Below, piece by piece: positions 30,816 to 41,167 of a stretch of DNA of 64,000 nt. The notes beneath the pieces are model-generated. The model was not told where the DNA came from, ran no database searches, and saw only the letters and a list, made by a program, of their open reading frames with translations. The translations under genes and the position numbers were made by a program. How positions within the stretch are numbered: the stretch's first letter is position 1; each line of letters begins with the position of its first letter. Source of the stretch: Oscillospiraceae bacterium (GTDB lineage: Bacteria > Bacillota > Clostridia > Oscillospirales > Oscillospiraceae); assembly GCA_016302405.1 (NCBI GenBank), contig JAEDNR010000001.1, positions 362 through 64,361 of the forward strand, given 5' to 3'.

Positions 30816-31889
30816 ATGAAAAAAGTGATTGCGCTCTGCCTGGCGGTTTCCCTGGCGCTGGGCTGTGCCGCCTGCCTTTCCGGCTGCGGCGGGGAGAAGA
30901 CCACCCTGTATGTCTACAACTGGGGCCAGTATATTGCCGAGGGAGACGACGATTCCCTGGATGTGATTGCTGCCTTTGAGGAAAAGTATCCGAACATCCA
31001 TGTGGAGTATTCCACCTATGATTCCAACGAGATCATGTACTCCAAGCTGTCCAACGGCGGCATTACCGTGGATGTGATCTTCCCCTCCGACTATATGGTG
31101 GGCCGGATGCGCCAGGAGGGCATGCTCATGGAGCTGAACTTCGACAATATCCCCAATTACCAGTATATTGACGACAGCTTTAAGAATATGTCCTATGACC
31201 CGGAGAATAAGTATTCTGTTCCCTATACCTGGGGCACCGTGGGTATCATCTACAACAGTAAGTTCGTGGATGAAGCGGATGTCACCGGCTGGGAGCTGCT
31301 GTGGAATGAAAAGTATGCCGATAAGATCCTGATGTTTGACAACTCCCGGGATGCTTTCGGTATTGCCCAGTACCTGCTGGGCTACGATGTGAACACCACG
31401 GATGAAGCCCAGCTTCGGGAGTGCGCTGCCAAGCTGATGGAGCAGAAGCCCGTTGTCCAGCAGTATGTCATGGATCAGATTTTTGACTCCATGGAAAACG
31501 AGGAAGCCTGGATCGCTCCCTACTATGCCGGCGACTACCTGACCATGGCGGAGGAAAACCCGGACCTCAAGTTCTATCGCCCCGCCCACCAGGGCTTCAA
31601 CATTTTCGTTGACGCCATGTGCATCCCCACCTGCTGCAAGGAAAAGGAAGCCGCGGAGCTGTTCATCAACTTCCTGTGTGATCCGGAGATTTCCGGGCAG
31701 AATATGGACTACCTGGGTTACAGTGTCCCCGCTTCCGCTTCCAAGGCCTATATGGATCCTGAGGTGACGGAGGATCCCGTTGCCTATCCTTCTTCCGACA
31801 TGCTGGAGAAGGCAACGAGCTTCAATTTCCTCCCGGAGGAAACCGCGCGGCTGATGGAGAGTCTCTTCATGGAAGCCAGAAACAGTTAA
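30816..31889 (+). CDS. potD: Spermidine/putrescine-binding lipoprotein
   Basis: Lipobox LSGC; 'YNWGQYI', 'PSDYM', 'PYTWGTVGI'. Confidence 0.92.
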   Translation: MKKVIALCLAVSLALGCAACLSGCGGEKTTLYVYNWGQYIAEGDDDSLDVIAAFEEKYPNIHVEYSTYDSNEIMYSKLSNGGITVDVIFPSDYMVGRMRQEGMLMELNFDNIPNYQYIDDSFKNMSYDPENKYSVPYTWGTVGIIYNSKFVDEADVTGWELLWNEKYADKILMFDNSRDAFGIAQYLLGYDVNTTDEAQLRECAAKLMEQKPVVQQYVMDQIFDSMENEEAWIAPYYAGDYLTMAEENPDLKFYRPAHQGFNIFVDAMCIPTCCKEKEAAELFINFLCDPEISGQNMDYLGYSVPASASKAYMDPEVTEDPVAYPSSDMLEKATSFNFLPEETARLMESLFMEARNS

Positions 31890-31949
31890 TTCACAGCGGA
31901 GGAAGGTTTCCCCTTCCTCCGCAAATATTTGCTGAAAGGAAACGCTGCT

Positions 31950-32825
31950 ATGAAGAATCCGGATATCCGCAGGCGCCTGCTGGAGCTTGCGCTGGTCGTC
32001 CTGGGAAATCTAATCTATGCCGTCACGGTTGTGCTGTTTATTCTGCCTGCCAGATTAATGAGCTGCGGTACTACCGGTATTGCTCTGGTGCTGGAGCGCC
32101 TCTGGAATATTCCCATCTCCGGCTTTGTGCTGGCATTCAATATCCTGATGCTGCTTCTGGGCTGGCTGGTGCTGGGCAGGGCCTTTGCCATGACCACGGT
32201 GCTCAGCTCCCTGCTGTACCCGGTGCTGCTGGAAGTGTGCCGGCAGGTTCTCGGAGACAGCGGGATCACGGAGAATATGCTGCTCAATACGGTTTTCGGC
32301 GGCCTGGGTCTGGGCCTTGCCATGGGGATTGTCATGCGGGCGGGAGCTTCCACCGGCGGTATGGATATTCCGCCGCTGATCCTGAAAAAGCTGTTTTCCA
32401 TTCCCGTATCCGCCTCTTTGTGGGCCTTTGATTTCTGCATTCTGTTGGCCCAGCTTTCTTTCCACACCCCGGAGGACCTGCTCTACGGTATTGTACTGAT
32501 CATTGTCATCTCCGTAACCCTGAACAAGGTGATGCTTCTGGGCACCAGCCGGACGGAGATCAAGATCGTCAGTGAAAAAGCAGCGCAGATCCGGGATGGC
32601 ATCCTGTCCCAGGTGGACCGGGGCGTGACGCTGCTCCATGGGGAGGGCGGATACCTTGGCAGGCAGACGGAAGTGATCCTGAGCGTGGTATCCAATCATG
32701 AGCTGCCCAAGATCGAGTCTCTGGCAAGAAAAGTTGACCCGGACTGTTTTATGATCGTCAGCCGGGTCACGGAAGTATGGGGCCGGGGATTTACCTACGG
32801 AAAGAAATATCAGGAAAAGCAATAA
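31950..32825 (+). CDS. YitT family membrane protein
   Basis: 'GASTGGMDI', 'RGVTLLHGEGGY', 'EVWGRGF'. Confidence 0.9.
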   Translation: MKNPDIRRRLLELALVVLGNLIYAVTVVLFILPARLMSCGTTGIALVLERLWNIPISGFVLAFNILMLLLGWLVLGRAFAMTTVLSSLLYPVLLEVCRQVLGDSGITENMLLNTVFGGLGLGLAMGIVMRAGASTGGMDIPPLILKKLFSIPVSASLWAFDFCILLAQLSFHTPEDLLYGIVLIIVISVTLNKVMLLGTSRTEIKIVSEKAAQIRDGILSQVDRGVTLLHGEGGYLGRQTEVILSVVSNHELPKIESLARKVDPDCFMIVSRVTEVWGRGFTYGKKYQEKQ

Positions 32826-32843
32826 TTCCGGTATAGCTGGATT

Positions 32844-33089
32844 GATTCGGTAAATGATCGTTTAGCGGAGCGCCCCTTGGCTCGTGGCAATCTCCACCGA
32901 ACAGCAGGCTGCGTTCCAATTTATGTGTCATTCCGAACCAGTGCGCACACTGGTGTGGGAATCCCCCTCGTCATTGAGAACACTTTCTTCTAAAGATGGA
33001 GATTGCCACGCCAGGAAAGCGAACTGGCTCGCAATGACCGGGAATTCGATTGTTCGCTGTTAGTTCGCTAAACGATCATTTTCTGCCTT
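32844..33089. repeat. Cassette B: dif-like ends with a GTCATT...AATGAC palindromic module
   Basis: Perfect 16-bp inverted repeat AAATGATCGTTTAGCG (32852-67) / CGCTAAACGATCATTT (33066-81); core 32925-33048 recurs at 63232-63354. Confidence 0.85.
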
Positions 33090-33185
33090 TTCCCGGACGC
33101 GGCGGAACAATATCCGGCAAAACGCGTAACCCGGACAGACAAAAACAGCGGTGATCCCTTATCGGAAAGGAATCACCGCTGCGTA

Positions 33186-33869
33186 TTAATGGGACCGTTC
33201 CGTGGATATAACGTGCAGCACGCCGTCCTCCACGGTAAAGCGGATATTGCAGCCGGCGAAGGTCATGCCGTACACTCTGCCCGGCTGCTGCTGGTAGGAG
33301 GGCCTGGGATCGTGGGAGAGAACACCCACGGCGGCGTCCCGTTTTTCTTCCGGCAGGACACCCAGCAGCTCTGCCGGGAAATCCACCTGCAGAAGATAGT
33401 CTCCTGCCACCTGGGTGAAGCCTCCCAGGGCATCCGGATGGCAGTCACAGTAGGGAATATAGGGCTTGATGTCAAAAATCGGGGTGCCGTCCAGCAGATC
33501 GGCGCCGCCCACATGGAGCACGGTGCCCAGGTCTTCCGTTCGCTCTACCCCCAGAAGGGTCACGCAGGACAGCCCCAGGTTGTTGGGCCGGAAAGGGGAG
33601 CGGGTGGCGAAAACCCCCATCCGGGTGTTCCCGCCCAGCCGGGGCGGGCGGACGGTGGGGGACCATTCTTTTCCCACCGCCTGGGAAAACTGCCATATGA
33701 TCCACAGATGGGAAAAGCCTTCGATCCCCCGGAGGGCGTCGGCGTTCCGGTATTCCGGCTGGAAGACGATGGTGGAGCGCAGGGCGTCCACAAGACCGCT
33801 TTGCCGGGGTATTCCGAACTTCCCCCCAAAATCGCTTTGCATATAGGCAATCGGCTGAATATCCGCCAT
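33186..33869 (-). CDS. tsaA: tRNA (N6-threonylcarbamoyladenosine(37)-N6)-methyltransferase TrmO
   Basis: 'GVFATRSPFRPN', 'DGTPIFDIKPY', 'DPRPSY'. Confidence 0.93.
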   Translation of the reverse strand: MADIQPIAYMQSDFGGKFGIPRQSGLVDALRSTIVFQPEYRNADALRGIEGFSHLWIIWQFSQAVGKEWSPTVRPPRLGGNTRMGVFATRSPFRPNNLGLSCVTLLGVERTEDLGTVLHVGGADLLDGTPIFDIKPYIPYCDCHPDALGGFTQVAGDYLLQVDFPAELLGVLPEEKRDAAVGVLSHDPRPSYQQQPGRVYGMTFAGCNIRFTVEDGVLHVISTERSH

Positions 33870-34708
33870 CAGCCCACCCGCTTTCTCAGGCAGAAGGTCA
33901 CGGCGAAAATGGCGGCCAGCAGCAAACTGATTGCGGCGCCTGCGGAGCAGCCCAGGTAATAGGAAACAGTGAGGCCGCCGATTCCCGCAATGAGGGCAAA
34001 GAGTACGGAAAACAGGGTGTACTGCCTTACGTTCCGGGCCACATTCCGGGAGGCAGCAGCGGGAAGCACCAGCAGGGAATTGAGAATCAGTAGGCCCATG
34101 CTGGAAATGGACAGGGTCACAACCACTGCGATGGCGGCGGTGAACAGGGTATGGGACAGCCCAACAGGAATGCCCCGGGAGGAAGCCAGCTGGGGATGGA
34201 CCGCGGAAAGGGTCAGCCGGTTGGCATAAAAGAACCAGAACACCAGTACAAAAACCAGCACCAGGGCCAGCATGCCGATCTCCGCGGGGGAGATGGACAG
34301 CACATCGCCAATGAGGTAGCGGTTATATTTTGTGAAGCTGCCGCCGCCCAGGGTAGCGGCGAAGATGCCCAGTGCCACCGCCGTGCTGGAAAACACACCG
34401 ATCAGGGTGTCCGCCGACTGGCTGCTCCGGCTGCGGACGAAAGAAAACAGCAGGGAAAAAGCAAGGCTGAACAGGACCGCCGCCCCCAGGGGCATAGACA
34501 TCCCCGCGATGCAGCCGATGGCGATGCCCGTAAAGGCGGAGTGGCCCAGGGCATCGGAGAAAAAGCTCATCCGCCCGGTGACGATCATAGTGGAGAGGAT
34601 CCCGAACAGGGGGGCCATCAGCAGCAGGGCAAGCAGGGCGTTTTTCATGAAGTCCCACCGGAGCATTTCCACCGGGAGAAGATCCAAAAGCGAATACCAG
34701 ATGCTCAT
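33869..34708 (-). CDS. Zn/Mn ABC transporter permease
   Basis: 'SDALGHSAFTGIA', 'YLIGDVLSI'. Confidence 0.9.
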   Translation of the reverse strand: MSIWYSLLDLLPVEMLRWDFMKNALLALLLMAPLFGILSTMIVTGRMSFFSDALGHSAFTGIAIGCIAGMSMPLGAAVLFSLAFSLLFSFVRSRSSQSADTLIGVFSSTAVALGIFAATLGGGSFTKYNRYLIGDVLSISPAEIGMLALVLVFVLVFWFFYANRLTLSAVHPQLASSRGIPVGLSHTLFTAAIAVVVTLSISSMGLLILNSLLVLPAAASRNVARNVRQYTLFSVLFALIAGIGGLTVSYYLGCSAGAAISLLLAAIFAVTFCLRKRVG

Positions 34709-35457
34709 AGGCTGCCTCCTTGCATGTGGAAGGTCCTGCGGAAAGCCTCCGAGGAAAGAACCTCCTGGGGCGTACCCTTGCACACCACAGTGTGGTCAAT
34801 GAGGGCCACCTGATCGGCATACCGGGGGAGCATGGAAAAGTCGTGGGTGGTCATGAGGATGGACAGGTCGTAGGTTTTCCGGATTTCATCCAGCATATCC
34901 ATAAGGGCGTTCATTCCCTCCACATCCACGCCGGACAGGGGCTCGTCCAGAATGAGAATGTTCGGGATCGGCTCCAAGGCCAGGGCAAGCAGCACCCGCT
35001 GCAGCTCACCGCCGGAGAGAGTGCCCACCCGCTTGTCAATCAGGTCCTCCCCGTGTACCCGCTGCAGACAGGTTTTTACCGTCTGGCGCATGGATTTGGA
35101 CAAACCCAGGAATGCGGGACGGCGGCTCATGCAGCAGGCGAACAGATCCGCCACGCTGATGGGCTCGCTGGGATCAAAGCTGGGGCTTTGAGGCACATAG
35201 CCGATCCGGGGCTTTTTGCTCCGCTGACCCGGCTGGCTGAAAGCGATGACGCCGGTATAGTCCCGCTGGCCCAGAATGGCTTTCAGCAGGGTGCTTTTTC
35301 CGGCACCGTTGGGGCCGATCAGAGCGGCAAGCTCCCCGCAGTGGACGTGAAGCTCCGCGTTTTTCAATATTTCATCATTTCCGATTTTTACGGACAGTTT
35401 CTCCACCCGCAGGCAGCAGGACTGCCCGCAGTCCCGGTCGTGGGAAAGCTCTTTCAT
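34705..35457 (-). CDS. Zn/Mn ABC transporter ATP-binding protein
   Basis: GPNGAGKST, 'IGYVPQ', LSGGE. Confidence 0.9.
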   Translation of the reverse strand: MKELSHDRDCGQSCCLRVEKLSVKIGNDEILKNAELHVHCGELAALIGPNGAGKSTLLKAILGQRDYTGVIAFSQPGQRSKKPRIGYVPQSPSFDPSEPISVADLFACCMSRRPAFLGLSKSMRQTVKTCLQRVHGEDLIDKRVGTLSGGELQRVLLALALEPIPNILILDEPLSGVDVEGMNALMDMLDEIRKTYDLSILMTTHDFSMLPRYADQVALIDHTVVCKGTPQEVLSSEAFRRTFHMQGGSL

Positions 35458-36332
35458 CCCAGGGCCTCCTTTACGGTGTCAATGTTGCGGTACATGGCAT
35501 CAAAATAGCTGTCCCCGGCCATTGCCATGTCCAGGGAACAGACGGCGGCTCCCGTCTCCCGGGAGAGGACGGAGGCGGCGGAGGGGCTGCCGTTTACCTC
35601 GGTGAAAATGGCGGGAAGGCTGTGCTCCCGGGTAAGCCCGATCAGTTCGATGAGCTCCCGGGCTGAGGCCTCACTGCCGGATTCTTCCTCCACCGCCGCC
35701 AGGATCGTCAGGCCAAAGCTTTGGGCAAAATAGGAAAAGCCGTCGTGGAAGGTAATGAGCTCCCGGCAGGAAAGGCTGGACAAGGTATCATCCCCATAGC
35801 GCTGCAGGGCGTCCAGCTCTTCCAGCAGGGGGGTAAGATTGTCCGCGAAAATCTGGGCGTGCTCCGGATAGCGTTGGGAAAGCCCAGTAAAGATGTTTTC
35901 CGCCATTTTGGCGGCACCCGCGGGGGAGAGCCAGATGTGGGGATCTTCCTCATGGTGGTGTCCCTCGTGTTCTTCTTCGTGCTCCCCGTTGTGATCCTCC
36001 CCGCACAGCAAAGGAATCCCGGCGGAGGCATCAATGGTTTTTTCTTCATCGATCACGCCTTCGAGAAAATCCTCCAGTCCGGCGCCGGAGATGACAATGG
36101 TTTTCGCCGCCTCGGCGGCCTTTACCTGGCTGACATTCAGGCAGTAGTCGTGGAGGCAGGAAACCGGCTCCGTAACCAGCCGGGTCACGGTCAGGCCGGT
36201 ACCCTGGCAGAGCCGCTGGGTAAATTCCGCCACCGGCAGCGTAGTGGCGGCAATATCGGCGTGGGGCCCGGCTGCGCACCCGGTCAGGGGCAGCAGCGCG
36301 GCGCATAGTAAAATAGCAAGGATTCGTTTCAT
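35454..36332 (-). CDS. Zn/Mn ABC transporter substrate-binding lipoprotein
   Basis: Lipobox LTGC; His-rich loop then 'DPHIWLSP'; 'FHDGFSYF'. Confidence 0.9.
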   Translation of the reverse strand: MKRILAILLCAALLPLTGCAAGPHADIAATTLPVAEFTQRLCQGTGLTVTRLVTEPVSCLHDYCLNVSQVKAAEAAKTIVISGAGLEDFLEGVIDEEKTIDASAGIPLLCGEDHNGEHEEEHEGHHHEEDPHIWLSPAGAAKMAENIFTGLSQRYPEHAQIFADNLTPLLEELDALQRYGDDTLSSLSCRELITFHDGFSYFAQSFGLTILAAVEEESGSEASARELIELIGLTREHSLPAIFTEVNGSPSAASVLSRETGAAVCSLDMAMAGDSYFDAMYRNIDTVKEALG

Positions 36333-36447
36333 ATATTGACCTTCTGTTTCCGTTTCTATTTATAGAATAGCATGTTTGTCAAGCTTGGCCTTGCCCCGTG
36401 ATATATGAAAAAGGCCCGCGCTTGGGCGCAGGCCTTTCGGTATGGAC

Positions 36448-36681
36448 TTATCTGTGGGCTTCCAGCCAGCCGTTTACCTTGGTCTTGGCAAGACGCAGGA
36501 TGTCCTCAGCGGGGTAAGGAGAGGCTTCGCCGCCGGCGACATACAGAAAGTACAGGCCCTCAGGAGTCTGGTACAGCGTTTCCTCGAAACCGGCGGGATC
36601 ACCCAGATAACCCTGTGTAAACTTGTGCACCAGGGTGGCGGTTTCCGTGTCGTATACCTTTTTGCAGATGATCTTATTCAT
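36448..36681 (-). CDS. Small hypothetical protein
   Basis: 77 aa, RBS GGAGG, 'KKVYDTETA...ETLYQT' pattern. Confidence 0.75.
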   Translation of the reverse strand: MNKIICKKVYDTETATLVHKFTQGYLGDPAGFEETLYQTPEGLYFLYVAGGEASPYPAEDILRLAKTKVNGWLEAHR

Positions 36682-36868
36682 GGTTGACCTCCTTTCATCG
36701 CGTCGATTGACAGTAATTATACAGATTTTTGTTAGGAAATCAAGTGTGAAAACGTAAAAATGACAAAATTTGCAAAAAGATTGTTAGGAATCGATGCATA
36801 GATAACAGGGGACACAGAAACAATTTGTGTATTGTGTACAATAAAATCGACCGAGAAAGGATTTTATC

Positions 36869-37510
36869 ATGAAGGACATTCCGGTTTTTACCACTGAAAA
36901 TGGTGCCGCAAGCCTGATTCTGGGGGAAATTCCCTACCGTGGGCAGGCTTATATCCGGATCCAGGACAGCCTGGAGCCGGAAAGCTTACTGAAAGAATGC
37001 GTTTCCTTCTGCCGGATGTGCGGGGCGGAACGGATCTACGCTTCCGGGCATCCCTGGCTGAAAGCGCTTCCCCTGCACTGTGCCGTGGTGGAGATGCGGG
37101 GGCAGGCAGCTCCGGATCCGGAAAAGAGCCGCTGCCTTTGGCCCGTCACCCGGGAGACCGCGTCCGAATTCCGGAAGCTTTACAATGCCCGGATGGCCGG
37201 GGTGGACAACGCCGGGACGCTGGAAGCAAAGGATGAAGTGTGGCTTTCCTCGGGTCCAGCGTATTTTGTCCACGATGGGGGAAAGCTTCTGGGCATCGGG
37301 ATTCTGGAGGATACCTGCATCCGCGCCGTTGCTTCCGCGGTACCCGGCGCGGGAGAGGAGACTCTGCATACCCTCTTTACTCTGTGCCCGGGGGAGCTGC
37401 TTCGTCTGGAAGTGGCCTCCACCAACACCCGGGCCATTGCCTTGTATGAAAGAGCCGGCTTTTTAAAGACCGGAGAGCTGTCCCGGTGGTATCGTGCAGA
37501 AATGAAATAA
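36869..37510 (+). CDS. GNAT family N-acetyltransferase
   Basis: C-terminal 'LEVASTNTRAIALYERAGF'. Confidence 0.8.
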   Translation: MKDIPVFTTENGAASLILGEIPYRGQAYIRIQDSLEPESLLKECVSFCRMCGAERIYASGHPWLKALPLHCAVVEMRGQAAPDPEKSRCLWPVTRETASEFRKLYNARMAGVDNAGTLEAKDEVWLSSGPAYFVHDGGKLLGIGILEDTCIRAVASAVPGAGEETLHTLFTLCPGELLRLEVASTNTRAIALYERAGFLKTGELSRWYRAEMK

Positions 37511-37520
37511 ATAAGGAGGG

Positions 37521-37595
37521 TGTCAAGAAAAAACACTTGACAAATAGGTCATTATCCTGTACAATACCACAGGACGCAAGGAAAATACCTTGACA
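37521..37595 (+). promoter_or_regulatory. ylxM-ffh SigA promoter with two CAAG-N8-CTTGACA palindromes
   Basis: TTGACA(37537)-N17-TACAAT; palindromes at 37521-42 and 37574-95. Confidence 0.7.
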
Positions 37596-37611
37596 CTGGG
37601 GGCGCTGGGAT

Positions 37612-37956
37612 ATGGACGCTGTGGAGATGACGCTCCTGCTGGACTATTACGGAGAGCTTCTGACCGAGCGACAGAGGCAGTGCTTTGACCTGCGGTACAA
37701 TCAGGACCTTTCCATGGGGGAGATTGCCGAGGTTCTGGGGGTCAGCCGCCAGGGAGTCTTCGACAACCTGAGCCGGGCTGAGCAGCGTCTTCGCAATATG
37801 GAAGAAAAAACGGGCTGTGTCCGCCGGGCGCAGAAGGCCCGCCGGGCGCTGGACGCGATTCTGGATGACGCGGGGAGGCTGCGGAACCACCCGGATCAGA
37901 AAGTAGCGGAATTGGCGGAGCGTATTATTACGAGCGCCAGGGAACTTGAGGAGTAA
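37612..37956 (+). CDS. ylxM: YlxM family DNA-binding protein
   Basis: 'LLDYYGELLTERQ...DLSMGEIAE...SRQGVFD'; directly before ffh. Confidence 0.93.
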   Translation: MDAVEMTLLLDYYGELLTERQRQCFDLRYNQDLSMGEIAEVLGVSRQGVFDNLSRAEQRLRNMEEKTGCVRRAQKARRALDAILDDAGRLRNHPDQKVAELAERIITSARELEE

Positions 37957-37959
37957 GCA

Positions 37960-39309
37960 ATGGCATTTGAGGGCTTGACCGAAAAAATTTCCGCCACCTT
38001 CAAGAAGCTTCGGGGCAAGGGACGCCTGAAGGAAGCCGATGTGAAGGAGGCCATGCGGGAGATCCGTATGGCGCTTTTGGAGGCGGATGTCAGCTATAAG
38101 GTGGTAAAGGACTTTACGAAGACCGTTACCGAGCGCTGCGTGGGCACGGACGTTCTGGAGTCCCTGACCCCCGCCCAGATGATCGTGAAGATCGTCAACG
38201 AAGAGCTGTGCAAGCTCATGGGCAGCGATGCCAAGCATATTAATATCAATCCCAACGGGCCTACGGTGGTCATGCTGGTAGGTCTTCAGGGCGCGGGCAA
38301 AACCACCAACGGCAGCAAGCTGGCAGGGCTTATGAAGCGCCAGGGCCGGAATCCTCTGCTGGTGGCCTGTGATATTTACCGTCCCGCCGCCATCCGGCAG
38401 CTGCAGGTCTGCGGGGAAAAGCTGGGCATCCCGGTATTTGAGCGGGGCACCCAGAACCCGGTGGACACTGCCAAGGAAGCGGTGCTCTACGCCCGGCAGC
38501 GGGGCTATGACATGGTGTTTCTGGACACCGCCGGCCGCCTGCATGTGGACGAAGCCCTCATGGAAGAACTGAAGAACATTAAGGCTGCCGTGAAGCCCAA
38601 CGAGATCATGCTGGTTGTGGACGCCATGACCGGCCAGGACGCAGTGAACGCGGCTCAGAGCTTCAATGAATGGCTGGATATTGATTCCGTGATGCTCAGT
38701 AAGCTGGACGGCGATGCCAGAGGCGGCGCGGCCCTGTCTGTCCGGGCTGTCACCGGAAAGCCCATTAAGTTCGCCGGTATTGGGGAGAAGCTGGAGGATA
38801 TTGAAGCTTTCCACCCCGACCGGATGGCAAGCCGGATCCTGGGCATGGGCGACGTGCTGACCCTGATCGAGAAGGCGGAAAAGGCCTACGATGCCAAGAA
38901 GGCCGCTGAGATGGAGCAGAAGCTCAAGTCCAACCGCTTCACCCTCCAGGACTTTTACGATCAGCTTGTCCAGATGAAATCTATGGGCTCCATGGAGGAT
39001 ATTCTTTCTCAGATGCCCGGCGGCGCCAACCTGAAGGGCGCCAAGCTGGATGAAAAAGCCATGGCCCACACCGAGGCCATTATCCTTTCCATGACGCCCA
39101 AGGAGCGGGAGAAGCCCGAGATCATTGCCGCCAGCCGGAAGAAGCGGATTGCCGCTGGCGCCGGTGTCAAGGTGGAGGATGTGAACAGGCTCCTCAAGTC
39201 CTTTGAGCAGATGCGCAAGCTCATTAAGCAGTTTTCCGGCCCCGGGGCGGGGAAGAAGCTGAAAAGAATGCGGGGCATGGGCGGCTTCGGCGGCTTCCCC
39301 GGCTTTTGA
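37960..39309 (+). CDS. ffh: Signal recognition particle protein
   Basis: GLQGAGKTT, DTAGR, 'FHPDRMASRILGMGD'. Confidence 0.98.
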   Translation: MAFEGLTEKISATFKKLRGKGRLKEADVKEAMREIRMALLEADVSYKVVKDFTKTVTERCVGTDVLESLTPAQMIVKIVNEELCKLMGSDAKHININPNGPTVVMLVGLQGAGKTTNGSKLAGLMKRQGRNPLLVACDIYRPAAIRQLQVCGEKLGIPVFERGTQNPVDTAKEAVLYARQRGYDMVFLDTAGRLHVDEALMEELKNIKAAVKPNEIMLVVDAMTGQDAVNAAQSFNEWLDIDSVMLSKLDGDARGGAALSVRAVTGKPIKFAGIGEKLEDIEAFHPDRMASRILGMGDVLTLIEKAEKAYDAKKAAEMEQKLKSNRFTLQDFYDQLVQMKSMGSMEDILSQMPGGANLKGAKLDEKAMAHTEAIILSMTPKEREKPEIIAASRKKRIAAGAGVKVEDVNRLLKSFEQMRKLIKQFSGPGAGKKLKRMRGMGGFGGFPGF

Positions 39310-39375
39310 TACCGTTCGCTGAAAGCAAATTGCTTTGCGATATATATTAGATTTATTTATGGAGGTGAAACTCTC

Positions 39376-39615
39376 ATGGTTAAGATCAGACTGAGAAGAA
39401 TGGGTGCCAAGAAGAATCCTTACTACCGGATCGTGGTGGCGGATTCCCGTTCTCCCCGTGACGGCCGCTGCATCGAAGAGATCGGAACTTACAATCCTCT
39501 GGTGAATCCTGCTGTCATCACTGTTGACGCCGAGAAGGCCCAGACCTGGATCAAGAACGGTGCACAGCCTACCGACACCGTCCGTGGCCTGCTGAAGAAT
39601 GCCGGCGTGCTGTAA
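39376..39615 (+). CDS. rpsP: 30S ribosomal protein S16
   Basis: '[13 protein letters not shown]...GAQPTDTV'. Confidence 0.98.
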   Translation: MVKIRLRRMGAKKNPYYRIVVADSRSPRDGRCIEEIGTYNPLVNPAVITVDAEKAQTWIKNGAQPTDTVRGLLKNAGVL

Positions 39616-39637
39616 GATTCCCTGAAGGAGAAGCACA

Positions 39638-39868
39638 ATGAAGGAACTTTTGCTGTATATGGCAAAGAACCTGGTGGATGATCCCGATTCCGTCACGGTC
39701 ACCGAGACCGAGGACGAAGAGGGGAAAGTGCTGGAGCTTCATGTGGCAGAGGGCGACATGGGCAAGGTGATCGGACGCCAGGGGCGGATCGCAAAAGAGA
39801 TCCGCACCATTATCAAGACTGTAGCCCAGCGCACAGGCGAGAAGGTCACGGTCGAGATCGTAGATTGA
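39638..39868 (+). CDS. khpA: KH domain RNA-binding protein
   Basis: 'DMGKVIGRQGR' GxxG loop; between rpsP and rimM. Confidence 0.93.
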   Translation: MKELLLYMAKNLVDDPDSVTVTETEDEEGKVLELHVAEGDMGKVIGRQGRIAKEIRTIIKTVAQRTGEKVTVEIVD

Positions 39869-39942
39869 TACGGTGATGCGTGACGGTTCCGTCACGCATT
39901 TTCCGTTTTCTTTGAAAAAACTGTTTACAGGAGGACAGCTCC

Positions 39943-40434
39943 ATGAAACTTGACTATATTGAAGCAGGACAGATCGTCACCACCCACGGTGTCCGGGGGG
40001 AAGTAAAGGTGCTTCCCTGGCTGGATACGCCGGAGGACCTGTTTTTTTACCGCCGCTGCCGGATCGGAGGCGAGGACTACGCTATCCGGTCCTGCCGGGT
40101 GCAGAAGACCTGCAACCTGGTGAAGCTGGAGGGCATCGATACGGTGGAGGCCGCCCAGGCCCTGCGGGGAAAGACTATGGAGCTTTACCGGGAGGATGCC
40201 CCCGCCGGTGTGACCTTTGCCGCTGAGCTTATCGGCATGACGGTTTTTACAGAGGGGAAGCCCCTTGGAACCCTGACCGAGGTGCTGGACTATCCCGGCA
40301 ACCAGGTCTATGTGGTGAAGGGAGAGCGGGAATATATGATCCCCGCTGTTCGGGAATTTATCCTCCATGTGGATATGGCAGGCAATAAGATGGAAGTGAA
40401 GCTGCTGGAGGGGATGGAAACCGATGCGGATTGA
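39943..40434 (+). CDS. rimM: Ribosome maturation factor RimM
   Basis: 'THGVRGEVK', 'MIPAV'. Confidence 0.93.
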   Translation: MKLDYIEAGQIVTTHGVRGEVKVLPWLDTPEDLFFYRRCRIGGEDYAIRSCRVQKTCNLVKLEGIDTVEAAQALRGKTMELYREDAPAGVTFAAELIGMTVFTEGKPLGTLTEVLDYPGNQVYVVKGEREYMIPAVREFILHVDMAGNKMEVKLLEGMETDAD

Positions 40435-41167
40435 GATTCTGACATTGTTCCCGGATTCTGTGGGGGATGTGCTCTCCGAGAGCATCCTGGGCCGTGCCCA
40501 GGAGCGTGGCTACATTCAGATCGAGACCCGGCAGATCCGGGACTACACCTCCAACAAGCAGAACCAGGTAGACGACTACCCCTACGGCGGCGGCCGGGGC
40601 GCCATCATGCAGGCAGACCCCCTGTACCGCTGCTGGGAGGCGGCCTGTGACGACGCGGAAGGGCCGGTCCATACCGTGTTCCTGTCTCCCTGCGGGCACA
40701 CCTTTACCCAGGCGGACGCTATCCGGCTGAGTAAGCTGCCGAACCTGATCCTGGTCTGCGGCCACTACGAGGGTATCGACCAGCGCTTCATCGACGAGTG
40801 TGTGGATGAAGAAATTTCCCTTGGGGATTTTGTCCTCACCGGTGGGGAGATCGCCGCCATGGCGGTGACCGACGCGGTGTGCCGCATGGTTCCCGGTGTT
40901 CTGGCCGACCCGGAATGTTTCCAGGACGAGAGCCATTTTAACGGCCTGCTGGAATACCCCCAGTACAGCCGTCCGGCGGTGTGGCACGGCAGGGAGGTTC
41001 CCCAGATCCTTCTGTCCGGCAACCATGAAAAGGTGGCCGAGTGGCGCAGAAAGCAGTCCCTCCGGCGCACCCGGGAGCGCCGCCCGGATATGTACGAAAA
41101 GCTGGATCTTAGCAGTAAGCAGGATAAAAAACTTCTGAAAGAAATGGCGGAGGAGGATGCGCAGTGA
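40424..41167 (+). CDS. trmD: tRNA (guanosine(37)-N1)-methyltransferase
   Basis: 'DDYPYGGG', 'CGHYEGIDQR', 'GDFVLTGGE'. Confidence 0.97.
   Translation: MRIEILTLFPDSVGDVLSESILGRAQERGYIQIETRQIRDYTSNKQNQVDDYPYGGGRGAIMQADPLYRCWEAACDDAEGPVHTVFLSPCGHTFTQADAIRLSKLPNLILVCGHYEGIDQRFIDECVDEEISLGDFVLTGGEIAAMAVTDAVCRMVPGVLADPECFQDESHFNGLLEYPQYSRPAVWHGREVPQILLSGNHEKVAEWRRKQSLRRTRERRPDMYEKLDLSSKQDKKLLKEMAEEDAQ

Noticed and set aside
36333..36400. Zur/Fur box before the metal ABC operon
   Set aside because: AT-rich but no convincing palindrome.
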